DNA from: Dendrobates tinctorius
Lineage: Eukaryota
Assembly (NCBI RefSeq): GCF_039654945.1
Contig: NW_027361902.1
Location: 744,001 to 808,000 of the forward strand
Reading direction: 5' to 3'
Length of the DNA: 64,000 nt
The notes below the pieces were generated by a model that was not told the DNA's origin, ran no database searches, and saw nothing but the letters and a program-made list of their open reading frames with translations. Position 1 is the stretch's first letter. Each line of letters starts with the position of its first letter. Positions 23,601 to 36,348 of the stretch are shown in pieces. A program made the position numbers and the translations under genes.

Positions 23601-24664
23601 TCTCAATGGATTTTATTTCTGATCTTCCTGTCTCTCTGAGAATGACTGTTATGAGGGTGATTTGTGATGGACCATCTTCGAAAATCTATCTTGTACCACT
23701 CCCAAAGTTGCCATCTTCCGCTGAGTTGGTGCCCTTGTTTTTACAACAGGTGGTTCGGTTACATGGGATTCCTGAGAACATTGTGTCCGACAGAGGAGTC
23801 CAGTTTGTTTCCAGATTCTGGAAAGCCTTTTGTTCCAATTTGGGAATTCAGTTGTCCTTCTCCTCCGCGTTTCATCCCCAGACTAATGGACAGACTGAGA
23901 GAACAAACCAGACCTTGGAGTCTTATTTGAGATGTTTTATATCTGCTGATCAGGATGATTGGGTCTCATTTTTACCCTTGGCCGAATTCGCACTGAACAA
24001 TAGAGCTAGTTCTGCCACTTTGATGTCACCCTTTTTCTGTAATTTTGGGTTTCATCCTCGATTCTCTTCAGGGCAAGTGGAATCTTCGTCCTGCCCAGGT
24101 GTGTACACTGTGGTTAAGAGAATGCAGCAGATATGGGACCAAATGGTGGATAAGTTGTCACTCTCTCAGGAAAAGGCCCAGCGATTTTCCAACCGGCATA
24201 GGACCATTGGTCCCCGGTTTAAAGTGGGCGATATGGTTTGGTTGTTGTCTAAGAATATTCCTATGAAGGTTGCATCTCCTAAGTTTAAGCCAAGAATTAT
24301 TGGGCCATATAGGATTTTGGAAATTCTTAATCCTGTTTCATTTTGATTGGTTCTTCCAGTTACGTTCAAGATCCATAACGTATTTCACAAATCTCTGTTG
24401 AAGAGGTTTGTTGAGCCAGTGGTTCCTGTGGCGGCAGCTCCTGACCCTGTGTTGGTTGAGGGCAATGTGTAATATGAGGTAGAGAAAATATTGGATTCTC
24501 GTTTGGTTAGACGGAGACTCCAGTATTTGGTCAAATGGAAGGGTTATGGTCAGGAGGATAATTCTTGGGTCTCTGCCTCTGCCAATAGATTGGTTTGTGC
24601 TTTTCACCGGGCCCATCCTGATCAGCCTGGTGGCGTGGATGAGGGTTCGGTGACCCCTCCTCAA
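20639..24664 (+). pseudogene. gag-pol of element D with stops and frameshifts
   Basis: gag PKIPTPDVFSRDRSKF..PQDWA; protease DSGAALN; RT WKTAFNT..YLVMPFGLTNAP..YLDDILIFS; RH VDASEIG, NYDVGNRELLA, TDHRNL; IN ISMDFI, SDRGVQF, QTNGQTER; GPY; chromodomain LQYLVKWKGYGQEDNSW. Confidence 0.93.
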
Positions 24665-27600
24665 GTGGGGGGTACTGTTGTGAGTTCATTCTCTGGTTCA
24701 CCAGTTGTGAGTTCTCCTTCCAGACTCCCTCTGGTGGTAACAGAAGGCAGTGAGGCTGATTTGATCGGTGGTGATCTGCCACCTGAGGATGACGATTGGA
24801 CTTTAGGAGTCTCAGATTGGATTTTAGGCAGCCGATGCCCTATTCAGTTGCAGGTGATACTTCTTGCTTGTCAGGTCTTGGTTCTCAGCTCTGTTCCGTC
24901 AACTCAAGCTAAGTTTCTCTGTTAATGTTCACACTTGATTTTGTTGGCTTATTCAGTTTTTTGTGGTCAGCCAGCCACGGCATGGGCTGTGTTGTATTTC
25001 CACTCTTATTTATCTGTGCTTGCCAATTTGCTTTTTGTCCCTTATTTGGCCTCTTTTTGCTCTGTCTCAGAATATTTTAGAGTGCTGATATAGTGGGAGA
25101 AGTCTAGTGACTTCAGGGTTATTTTTTTCAGAAGTGTTGGACATTATTTTTGTAGGGTTTTTTTTCCAGATTGCATACAGTGTCTTTCCTTTCCTCTCCT
25201 TTCTAGTTAGTTTGGGCCCCATCGTTTTCTCAGGCTATTTTCCTACCTGTGTTTGTTTTCATCTTCTTTCACCGTCAATACATGTGTGGGGGCTGTCTAT
25301 TCCTTTGGGGTCTGCCCTGGGGCAGTTAGTTTTCCCTTTTCTTGCTTTTGGCTTATTTAGTCCTCCGGCTGTGAAGAGGCGTCTAGGTTCATTGTAGGCA
25401 CGCTCCACGGCTGCTTCTAGTTGTGTGGTAAGATCAGGGATCTACAATCTGCATAGTTACCAACCTCTCTGGTTTTTCTGGGCTTAGCATGTTTAGGTTG
25501 TTTCCTCCTCGGTGACCCATTCATAACACAGAGCCTTGAGACTAGCCAGGAAATGTGCTAGAGAGCACCATAGGACAGAGTCTAGCAGCGGAGCGTAGGC
25601 CGAAGCCCAGAGCCGGGTCAAGGCAGAACCTTGAGACTAGACACGGAACATAGGACAAACATGGCAAAGAGCTTAGGCAAGACATAGCGAAACAGGCTAA
25701 GGCAGAGAACAGAGGAAGGACTACAAGTCTAAGAATAACAAGGACAAACAGCATGAAAGACAACACAAGACATGGCACGGTACAAGAGACAGAGTACAAG
25801 CACAGAGCGTGTGCAGAGAGACACAACAGGGCAGAGTGCAAGGGCACAGAATACAGGGAGCGACCCAGCAGACCAAGCCATGCAACACGATACTCAGGCC
25901 CCGACCATAGGAAGGGGCGGTCTGATATAGGGCATTAGCACCTGCACTTCCGGGTCAGACCAGGAGAGGACTTCCGGTTCAGATCTTCCAGGATCATAGA
26001 GAGGCTAGCTAGATCAGATTCTGCTGGACCATAGAGAGGGTCTCATGATCAGGAAGTCCAGGACCATTGAAAGAATTGCTGGATCAGACTATGTTGGAAC
26101 ATAGGAAAGGTCACATGATCAGGGTCTCCAGGAACACAGAGGATCGCTGCAGGCAGTGCTGGAACATAGGAAAGGTCACATGATCAGGGTCTCCAGGAAC
26201 ACAGAGGATTGCTGCAGGCACAGCAGAGACAGCTGGACACACAGCAATGGCGTGTAGCCATAAGGTAAAACACACATGCGGACTGGCAATGGCAGGCAGC
26301 CATGAGGTGAGCATGCACACTGCTCCAGGCATCTTGCAGCACAACCGTCACGAGGTGCATGTGCACACTGCTTCAGGGATCTTGCAACATAACAGTCATG
26401 AGGTGCGTGTGCACACTGCTCCAGGGACCTTGCAGCATCAGTCATGAGGTGCGTGTGCACACCGCTCCAGGGATCATGAGGTGCGCCTGTACATACAAGC
26501 GAGACCCATGGGGCGCCCGCAGGGACCCGGACCTGGGGACAATGAGGCATGACAGGCATGACAATGGGGATCATGCAGCGCAAGTCGGCATGACGGGCAT
26601 GACACACTGGCAGACAAGCACGGCAGAGACACGGGAACACGGGCTAGTTGGAGACACTGGCTGGAAGACACAGCAGAGACACGGGCAGGTTGGAGACACA
26701 GGTGGGCAGGCACTAGGAGAAAGCAAAACGGAGGACATAAGGTCCGAGGCTAGGCGGCAAGGGCTTTCGGTAGGGAAGGCAAGGAGCGCAGGGAGACGTG
26801 GGGCCAAAATCACTTGTGGAACACAAATGACAGTCAGGCACAGCCAGGAGGAAGAGGCGGCCTGATAAGCAGAGTGCGCGGTGGACTTCTGGGTCAGAGC
26901 CCTCCAGACCATAGAGCAGACAGGAGGGAGCGGCGTAGATTACAGGGAATGGTGTCCGCGTGCGCCGCTGAACTTAGTGCGTGCACCCGACGGGAGACAG
27001 GAGTCGGAACAGCAGCCAGAGCGGGAGCGCGCCGAGACGCCGAGGACCAGTAAGTATGACGGTGCTCGGCGGCATGACAGGGAGAGGCGATAGCATAACA
27101 GGGACAGATGGTGGCAGCATGACAGTACACCACTCCTTACGTGCCCTCTCCTAAGGCTGGAAAGAAATCTAGCCAAGATTCGAGGAGCCTGGATGTTCTC
27201 CCGAGGCTCCCAAGATCTCTCCTCAGGACCAAAGCCTTTCCAATCAACTAGGAAAAAGGTCTTGCCTTCTTGCTTCTTCATGGCGAGGATGTCCTTAACC
27301 TCAAAAACATCATCTGCAGAGACAAGCTGAGGCGAAAGAGCAGTAGAGGCATGGAACTGAATGAGGACAACTGGTTTCAGGAGAGAAATGTGGAATGAAT
27401 TGGGGATACGGAGCGAGGTGGGTAGTCTCAACTTGTAGGAGACATCATTGATGCGAGCCAAGACCTCGAAGGGTCCAATGTACCGGGGACCGTTTATGCG
27501 AGGGGATCTTTAGACAGACGAACTTAGAAGACAACCAGACCTTATCACCAGGATGATATAGTGGGGGGGGGGTTAAGCACCTCTTGTCCGCGTTTTTTCA

Positions 27601-28203
27601 TTCTGTCATGCGCTTGTTCGAGAGCGGTCTTGGTCTCCTGCCAGATCCTGGAGAACTCCCTGGACAGAAGATCAGCTGCTGGCACACCCGAGACAGGAAG
27701 GAACGGCAGAGGTACGCCAGGATGTTGCCCGTAGACGACAAAATAAAGGTGACTTGGAAGATTCGCTGGTGCGATTGTTGTTTGCGAATTCAGCCCACGG
27801 GAGTAAGTCTGTCCAGTCGTTCTGGTGGGCATTAGAGAAATGGCGGAGATAGGGTACCAGAATCTGATAAGTACGTTCCATTTGACTGTTGGTTTGCAGG
27901 TGGTAGGCCGAGAAGTCAAGCGTGACGTTCATAAATTTGCAGAGAGCTCTCCAGAACCGAGAGGTGAATTGGACTCCCCTTTCCGAAACAATATGTTGAG
28001 GAAGGCCATGGACACGAAAAACATGGTGGACGAAAATTTTCACTAACTCAGGTGCCGAGGGTAAACCAGGAAGTTAGATGAAATGAGCCATCTTGGAGAA
28101 TCTGTCCACGACCATGAGGATGACGATGCAGCCCGAAGACCGAGGCAGATCAGTAATAAAGTCCATAGCAATGTGCTACCAAGGAGCCGATGGGACTGGA
28201 AGC

Positions 28204-29742
28204 TGTGATGTACAATGTCTGTAAGATATGTTTTCTGTTGCACTGTGCTAAAAAATCCTCCATTTTGTAAGAAGCTGCCTGCCAGTGTCTCGGTTACATT
28301 GCACCCTGCAGCAGCTTCCCTTCCCCCCCAGGTGATTATAAATCAACTTCCTGCCACACCATTTGGCTTCTCTCAGCCTCAGCTGAAAGAGAAAAAAAAG
28401 TGCGGGAAATAAACTCTTTGTTTGAAATCAGGAATCAGAAGTAAACCTTTAAGAGCCTGACCTGCGAAAACCATATACCCTAGAGATATGGAAATCATAT
28501 TTTTGTAACCTGAGCGGTCCCAGCTTCGATACCGCGTATCTTTCGAAGTTCTACCCTGTCCAGAACATGAGATAGGATTTGCGCCCAAATGGACGGTCAT
28601 ATCGCATAGATGTTTGATGTTTTCTTGATAGGCTCATTACGCTGGGAAACATGATACCACTGATGAGTCCATACCAGCTTCTCCCATAAAGTTATAGCTA
28701 ATCTAAGTTTTGTAGCCAAAACATAACTTGGATAAGAGAGGTGGGATCAACCCAGAATGCACCTCTCTGTGATGTCACATAGGAAAGTCTATAAGGCATT
28801 CCCTGGCAGAACCAGCTCAAGTCGTCGTGCTAGAAAGACCCGCAGATGAGCGGAGAAGTGCAGCTCCGCCTCCACCCCCCTTAAAGCCACAGGGGATGCC
28901 AACTGACCACATGTGAGTGTGACTTTCTACCATTTTAATCCCTTTATTTTATATCTGTACTGTACCTATTTTAGGTCTCAATTTTATAGCAACTTTTATC
29001 TGTAATCACTGTCCTCTTTCGGAAAATAAATGATATAATTATTTAGATCTGTCTCCATGCTCTAAGAATCGAACTATACGCCTTTGATAGATAATCGCTA
29101 CTAATTCAAGGGGTTTGCCACGGACCCTCTTAATTTAACACTGTGAATTAAGTAACCGTGACTGGTGGCAGCGCGTTGTGCACGGCTATTGCGGCTTGCT
29201 GGCAGTCCAGAAGGGTCTTATATTGCTGAATAAGGGTCTGCGGCCACAGCATTGATAATTCCCTTACTGCAGAAGCCTAATTGCCGGTTCACAACAGGCA
29301 GCCCGTCCGGCGACCAATTATCCTAGGTGCAGTTCCCTGACTGACCTGAGGGTAAGGGGGGCGCCGGAGAGCTGCGAGTTCCAAAGTGGAACTGAGAAAG
29401 TGGGATATACATAAATCCCCGCAGTACTTGGAAGGTTGATAGCAGTGGTGGGGCATCCAAATTAAACTCCCCCTGCGGCAAATTGTAGAGCGAGAGTAGC
29501 TTGCTGGATATTTTGGTCACATGGTGCCAGTGGTGGGATAACTAAGATAAGCCCAACTGTGCCTGTGATAGCCGTGTGCCGGCAGTGTGTCTCGTCCCTC
29601 CGTCCGCTGATACACCCGTGTCAGTGGTGGGACTGTGACATAGTGGTGACACAGGGTCCGCTGTCCGTCGCATATTGGTGGCAGCGGGACCCCCCCGTTA
29701 GTCGCCCGTATTTGGACGAACGGCCGTGGGCTGTTCGTCACA
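28204..29742 (+). mobile_element. Solo LTR (1539 bp) inserted in the integrase of A, containing several tRNA-Leu PBS-like motifs
   Basis: TGTGA..TCACA termini; 5-bp TSD GAAGC (28199-28203 / 29743-29747). The integrase reads GLLHPL|PVPS across the insertion. TATA-like TATAAG at ~28790 and AATAAA at ~29025. Confidence 0.85.
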
Positions 29743-31347
29743 GAAGCGGGTGTAAAAGACCTGAGGAAAGTTGCCTGGGGACCTTGTTCTTAGCACAAGA
29801 CGGATAGGAGGCTATAAAGCTACGGCCATCTTGGAAGATTGGCCACCAGTAGTAGCGGGACATGAGGATGAGAGTCTTCTTGAGACCTACATGACCTGCA
29901 AGTTTGGAGGCATGTCCCCAGAGCAGGACTCACCTCCTGTTGTTCACGAGAACAAAAGTCTTACATGGAGGTAGGGAAGTTAGACTGATGGGTACTACCG
30001 TGATGACCTTGGAAGGGTCCAAGATGCGCATGGGTTCCTCCTCTGTATCAACTGACAAAAAGGACCTGGACAATGCATCAGCCTTGAGGTTTTTATTGCC
30101 AGGACGGAAGTGGAGCTCAAAATCGAAAACCGGCAAAGAACAGGGACCACCTAGCTTGCCGGGGGTTAAGTCTCTGTGCCAATTGGATGTATGCCAAATT
30201 ATTATGGTCTGTAAAGATCTTAAAAGGATGTACGGCCCTCTCCAATAAGTACCTCCACTCTTGCAACGCTAACTTGATTTCCAACAGCTCTATGTCACCA
30301 ATGGAATAGTTCCGAGGTGGAAAATGACTTGGAGAAAAAAAACCACAGGTGACAAGCCGCCCAGAGATAGACCTCTGAGAAAGTACTGCTCCGGCCCCGG
30401 TGGCTGAGGCATCCATCTCAAGAATGAAAGGTTAGCCTCTGGACGATGGAGTATGGGAGCTGTGGTGAAGGCTTGTTTCAGGGACAAGAAGGCGTTTTCG
30501 GCCTCCGAAGACCAGACATGAGGATTGGTCCCCTTGCCAAGAGATGGGACCGCTCAACGGAGAAAAGGGAGGGATGAACTGTCGGTAGTAATTCACGAAA
30601 CCGAGAAATCGCTGAATTGCCTTGACACCATGAGGACGCGGCCATTTGAGCACGGCGCACTTTCTCCGGGTCCATGCGCAAGCCTGAGTTGGAGATGATG
30701 TAACCCAAGAACGGGAGAGACGACTGTTCAAAGGTGCACTTTTCGAGCTTGGCATAGAGGCGATTCTCCCTCAGGCACAGCAGTACTAGACGGACGTTCC
30801 TTCTATGGGTAGGCAGATCCGGAGAGAAAACTAGAATATCGTTCAGGCATACCACCACACAAGAATACAGCAGATCTCGGAAAATATAGTTCACAAATTC
30901 CTGGAACACTGCGGGGGGCATTGCACAAGCCAAAGGGCATAACCAAAATACTCACAGTGCCCGTCCCGGATGTTAAAAGCGGTCTTCCACTCATCTCCGG
31001 GGCGGATACGATTAGATTGTAGGCTCTACGGAGATTCAGTTTTGTGAAGATTCGTGCTCCCCGCAGCCGGTCGAATAGCACAGGAATGAGAGGGAGTGGG
31101 TACTTGTTCTTAACAGCAATAACATTGAGACCTCGGTAGTCGATGCAGGGACGAAGAGATCCGTCCTTCTTAACATGGAACCAAGCACCTGCGGGAGACG
31201 AAGACTTCCAAATAAAACCTTTGGCCAGATTTTCCTGGATGTACTCCGTCACGGCTTGGGAGAGATTTAGCGGATAAATTCAGCCCCTGGGTGGAGTGGA
31301 GCCTAGGAGATCAATAGGGCAATCATAAGGATGATGCGGGGGCAGGC

Positions 31348-32567
31348 TGTAACAACCCTGCTGGCATCACTGCATGGCCTCCCATCCCCCGCACACCAAC
31401 TTACTTTCTGCTTCAAGCCATGCTGTGAATTCTGTCTATTGCCAGCTCTGTGCCTCTGCTCTCCATGTTTCCAGACTGTTTGTATAGGGGGCGGCGCCTG
31501 AACTCTCTGGTTCTTATGCAGTCAGGGTGCACCTGTGTAATATGTCCCTTACCAATCACCTAGAGCCCTTGACTATTTAGTTTCATCACTCCCACTGAAA
31601 CATGGCCTGAGCAATGTCTAAACTCAGTTAGCTCATTGCTGCTGAGCTAGCCAGGCCCTGTCCTATGTCTTGCCTTCTCTGAAGGCTCTTACTGCGTATT
31701 CCTGTGTCTTGGTTCCTTGCCTAGCATTTCTCTGTCTGCCTGCCAGGAGGCAGAATATCCTGGTCTTTGAGTCTTGTTCCCAGTGCCTTGTCTGTTCTCT
31801 GTCCGCCTGCCAGGAGGCTGAATATCCTGGTCCTTGTGTCTTTGTCCCTGTGTCTGTCTGAACTCAGTCTTAGCTCTGTCTGTCAGTCTCCTTGTTTGTG
31901 GTTCCTTCTCTGCCATGTCTTTCCTTGTGTCCTCCCTGTCTGTGCTACTGCACCCTTGCAGCTCTGCGTGTCTGCATGGCTCCCTAGCCGCTCTGCCTGC
32001 ACGGCTCCCTAGCCGCTCTGCCTGCATGGCTCCCTAGCCGCTCTGCCTGCACGGCCCCCTTGCAGCCCAGCCTATATCCGTACCTGCACCTCCTGTGTGA
32101 ACAGGTCCAAATACTGTTCCAACATACACCACTCCTTCCTGCCTACACTGCTGTGTGAACAGGTCCTTACCTGTCCCTTCTCATACCACGCCCGCCTGTC
32201 CTGTGTCTCAAGCCGTCACCTACCTGCTCTGTGTCTCCAAGCCGTGCCCGCTTGCCCAGTGTCTCCAAGCCGTGCCTGCCTACCAGTGTACCAAGCCGTG
32301 CCTGCTTGCCCAGTGTCTCAGCCTGCCTGTTAGTCACACCTGTCCAAGTGACTTGTCCCCAAGTGGGATCAGCAGCCACAGCCAGACGCCACCCTGGAGT
32401 GGCACCCCACAGCTACCTGCCGCACAAGCCTGACCTCACCATCAGAGGCTCCAGTGAAGACCGAGGTAGCTGTCGTAGTCACGCCCCTTCCAGGGTAGTC
32501 TGGTTTGTGGCACAGTGGGGCCACAACCCCCCGATTCGCGCCATTCAGCCAAGGCGCGAGCGTGACA
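31348..32567 (+). mobile_element. Solo LTR (1220 bp) inserted between the protease and RT of A
   Basis: TGTAAC..GTGACA termini; 5-bp TSD CAGGC (31343-31347 / 32568-32572); internal short tandem duplications. Confidence 0.85.
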
Positions 32568-33935
32568 CAGGCTCTCCACCTACTTTTTATTGAGGACGTC
32601 CGCGAAGGACCAGTAAGGTGAAGACAATCTGCAGGTACCGCGGTGGGTGGAGAAGACTTTAAAGGCTGAACGGGGAGCAGGATTGACCCCAACATAGAAT
32701 GTCACCAGATCGCCATTCAAGGATGGGTTCATGGAGTCTCAACCAAGGAAGACCTAATAGTAATGTATGGGACGAGGGCAGCACGTAGGCTATCTCTTCC
32801 CGATGCAAGGCTCCGATCTGTAGCTCCACCTCCTCAGTGACCAGGGTGACGGTCTCTCGCAAAGGCCTGCCATCAACCGAAGCCATCAGCCAAGGAGTCT
32901 CCAGGGACCTTACAGGAATCCTAAGTTTTTTGACAGCCTTAAACTGAATGGTTCCCTGCTGTCCCAGAATCAATATAGGCGACCTCCGAGAAGCGACTAG
33001 CACCCAGATTCAGTAAGACAGAGGGTCAAGGGTATCACTGACACCTAGGTAGGCCTCTCTTACCTGGCCTAGGCGGAGGCGTTTCCCAGCCTCTCCGGAC
33101 AGGAATGTAGAAGATGGGAGGCGCTGCCACAGTAGAAGCAGAGACCCAGTGCGACTCTCTCTTCGCAGCGCTGCTCTGCCGCTTGAGACGATCTACCTGC
33201 ATGTGCTCTGGTGCCGAGGCCGCAGAGGCAGGTGCGAGTCACGAACGGAAAGAGCTGCGTGTGGCCAAAGATAGACGGGGAAATCTCTTCACCCCGGCAT
33301 CTTCACGGGAACGTTCCTGGAAGCGCAAGTCAATGCGAGTCGCCAGGGAAATGAGATCCTCTAGAGACGTTGGCGTGTTCCGACTCACCAGCTCGTCCTT
33401 AATTCGGGCAGACAAACCCCGCCAAAAAGCTCCCACCAAGGCCTCATTGTTCCATCCCAGCTCGCAGGACAGCATACGTAAGCGAATGGCTTACTGGCTA
33501 ACAGAGAGAATGCCCTGGCGGAGATGAAAAGGGACTCGGTAGAAGAGGCCAAGCGTCCGGGCTCGTCGAAGACTTTGCGAAAAGTCTCAAGAAAGGTGGC
33601 GAGCTGGGAGACCAGAGGATCGTCTTGCTCCCAGAGGGGGTTCACCTAGGCCATGGTCTCGCGCCCCAGGTGGGACACCACAAAGGCCACCTTAGCCCGA
33701 TTGGTGAGGTATTGTTGTGGCAGTAATTCAAAGTGCAATTGGCACTGGTTTAGGAACCCCCGACACAATTTGGGATCTCTGCTATACCGTGGAGGTCTGG
33801 CCAAACGGAGCGGTGGGTGTGGAGCCGAAGCCTGGGCAGGGGTCGAGGCAATGGACTGTAGCGAGTGAAGTCGTTTATCCACCGAGACCATATAATTAAG
33901 GATGTGGGCCTGGGTGTCACATTGCTGGGCAAGTT

Positions 33936-35474
33936 TCTAATAATAATAAATTGTATTTCTGTTGCGCCGACATATTCCTCAGCACTTTACATTTCAGAGG
34001 GGATTTGTACAGACGATAGACATTACAGCATAACAATAAATCACAGATCATAACAGATACCAAGAGGAATGAGGGCCCTGCTCGCAAGCTTACAGTCTAT
34101 GAGGAAAGAGGGAGACACGAAAGGTGGGTGGTAACAGTTGCCCTGATTGTATGGACCAGCCATAGTGTTAAGTGTGTAACAGTACAGACACAGAGGGCTA
34201 ATGGATGCATAAAGCATGTGGGAACATGATGCGGGAAATCTGGTTATGGTAAAACTTTTGGCTGTGCCCCATAGGGATAGATTAGGTTAATGTGTTGAGG
34301 CGATAGGCCAGTCTGAATAAATGAGTTTTCAGGGCACGCTTAAAATTGTGGGGATTGGGGACTACTCGTATTGACCTGGGAAGTGCATTCCAAAGAATTG
34401 GCGCAGCACGTGTATAGTCTTGGAGACGGGAGTGGGAGGTTCTGATTATTGAGGATGCTAACCTCAGGTCATCAGCAGAACGGAGGGCATGGGTAGGGTG
34501 GTATACTGAAACAAGGGAGGAGATGTATGGTGGTGCTAAGCCATGGAGAGCTTTGTGGGTGAGGGTAATAAGTTTGTACTGGATTCTGGAGTGGATGGGT
34601 AACCAGTGTAATGACTGGCACAAGGTAGAGGCATCGGTTTAACGATTGGCGAGGAATATGACCCTGGCAGCAGCATTCAAGACAGATTGGAGAGGGGAGA
34701 GATAAGAGAAACAGTAAAGCCCGGTTACACACTGCGATATCGCTAGCAATATCGCTGCAAAGTCACCGATTTTGTGACGTTGCAGCGATATTGCTAGCGA
34801 TATCGCTGCATGTGATACTTGCCTCCGACCGGCTCCCCCGCTGGTAATCGCTGATCGCGCGAGAAGCTCCTGGATCATTTCTCGTCGGTCACTTCCTGCG
34901 GCGCTTCCTGCTGTGACGACGAGCGACGCGTGGAGCCGGGCGGGAGGACGCAGGATCGCCGCGTCTGACAAGTAAGTAGCGACCCCAGCGGTGTCGCTAG
35001 TGAGATCTGCCTGAGTGGCAGCTCACTAGCGACCACCCAGCGATCCTGACTGCGTCATATCGCTAGTCGGGATCGCTGGTGCATCGCTAGGTGTAACTGT
35101 ACCCTAAGAGTTTTTGTGGAATCAAAAGTAAGAAAAGGTCGAATTCTAGAAATGTTTTTGAGGTGCAGATGACAAGAGCGAGCCAGTGATCGGATGTGGG
35201 GGGCAAAGGAAAGCTCGGAGTCAAGTATGACCACAAGACAGCGGGCATGTTGCTGGGGAGTAATAGTGGAGCCACACACGGAAATGGCATTGTAGGGTAC
35301 AGGTGCATTAGTAGCGGGAGGAAACACGGGGGGGGGGGGGGGGTTGTCTTTGACAGGTTCAGTTTCAGATATAGTGAGGACATGATGTTAGACACAGCGT
35401 TTAGACAATCGCCGGTGTTTTCTAAAAAGGGAAGGGAAGATTAGAGACAGGTCTATAGTTAGCGTCAGTTTTGT
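33936..35474 (-). mobile_element. 5'-truncated, internally deleted L2 LINE inserted in gag of A
   Basis: NYRPVSNLPF at the 5' end; LKLNLSKT; CHLHLKNISRIRPFL; SLHWLPIHSRIQYK..LWNALP..FKRALKTHLF; L2 3' end with (TTA)n tail at ~33938-33950. Confidence 0.88.
34718..35104. mobile_element. Non-autonomous PIF/Harbinger-type MITE (387 bp) inside the L2
   Basis: 3-bp TSD TAA (34715-34717 / 35105-35107). Imperfect TIRs sharing GTTACAC...GCGAT. Repeated CGATATCGCTAG palindromic motifs. The L2 reads through once it is removed. Confidence 0.75.
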
Positions 35475-36348
35475 TCCTGCTGGAGACTAGCTAGCTGGGA
35501 CGCGTTCCCCGGATCAGAGGGCTGTAATGCTGATAAACGAGACTCCATGTACTCTAGAAAAGCCATGATCTTGGTCTGGTTTTCCCATAGGAACAGCAGT
35601 TCCTTTTGGGCGGAGGCTGAGGTACAAGCGGGGTCCATGGCCCTGACTGTACTGTGAGAACTAGTGGACTTCCAAGGGTGGACCCGCTGGACCGTGGCAA
35701 CGAACCTCCCTCAGACGAGCTGACCAGGTGGACCACCCCCTATACAGGGAGGGTTAGGGGCAGGCCTGAGGGAGACTATCACCACGGCAGCAGGTACCCA
35801 GGGGAGAACAACGGGAGTTACAGCGAGAGACACGGCGGACTGACGGCAAGCTATGTCACGGGAACATGGACAGAATGGAGACACTGGCAGACAAGCACGG
35901 CAGAGACACGGGAACACGGGCTAGTTGGAGACACTGGCTGGAAGACACAGCAGAGACACGGGCAGGTTTGAGACAGAGGAGGGCAGGCACTAAGAGAAAG
36001 CAAAATGGAGGACGTAAGGTCAGAGGCTAGGCGGCAAGGGCTTGCAGCAGGGAAGGCAAGGAGCGCAGGGAGACGTGGGGCCAGAATCACTTGTGGAACA
36101 CAAATGACAGGCATAGCAAGGAGGAAGAGGCGGCCTGATAAGCAGAGTGCGCATTGGACTTCAAGGTCAGAGTCCTCCAGACCATAGAGCAGACTGGAGG
36201 GAGCAGCATAGATTACAGGGGACAGTGTGCGCCGCTGAACTCAGTGTGCGCACGCACCCGACAGGAGGCAGGAGCCGGAGCCAGAGAGCGCCGGGATGCC
36301 TAGGATCGGTAAGTATGCCAGGGCTCGGGGGGAGGCGGCGGCGTGACA

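Larger units (their letters stand above)
19730..25528 (+). mobile_element. Element D: chromoviral Gypsy LTR retrotransposon, full domain set but decayed
   Basis: 5' LTR 19730-20497 (interrupted) and 3' LTR 24676-25528. Outer termini TGTTATGA..TCATAACA. Flanking duplication CAGAGC. PPT at 24663-24675. Confidence 0.95.
11967..26604 (-). mobile_element. Element B: ~2.9-kb solo LTR-like element inserted in the 3' LTR of A, itself split by three insertions
   Basis: TGTGATG..CATGACA termini with 5-bp TSD CACTG (11962-11966 / 26605-26609). Own sequence = 11967-12101, 17623-17730, 18178-19729 and 25529-26604. No coding motifs, many internal short repeats, start resembles the LTR of A. Confidence 0.8.
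27140..35638 (-). pseudogene. Fragmented gag-pol of element A
   Basis: gag ATG at 35638 (MDPACTS..), continuing after the L2 at ~33933 (LAQQCDTQ..PPRYSRDPKLCRGFLNQC); protease IDSG at ~32970; [22 protein letters not shown], degenerate CLNDILVFS; RH DASATGAG, IFTDHNNL; IN SERGVQFTSRFW; chromodomain FLVDWKGFGPEERSWEP. Confidence 0.88.
11734..36348 (-). mobile_element. Element A: outer chromoviral (Tf1/sushi-type) Gypsy LTR retrotransposon, degenerate, with multiple nested insertions
   Basis: 5-bp TSD ATATG (11729-11733 / 36349-36353). 5' LTR 35653-36348 (TG..CA). 3' LTR split into 11734-11966 and 26605-27124. Purine-rich PPT at ~27125-27152. gag-PR-RT-RH-IN-chromodomain remnants on the minus strand. 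Confidence 0.88.
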
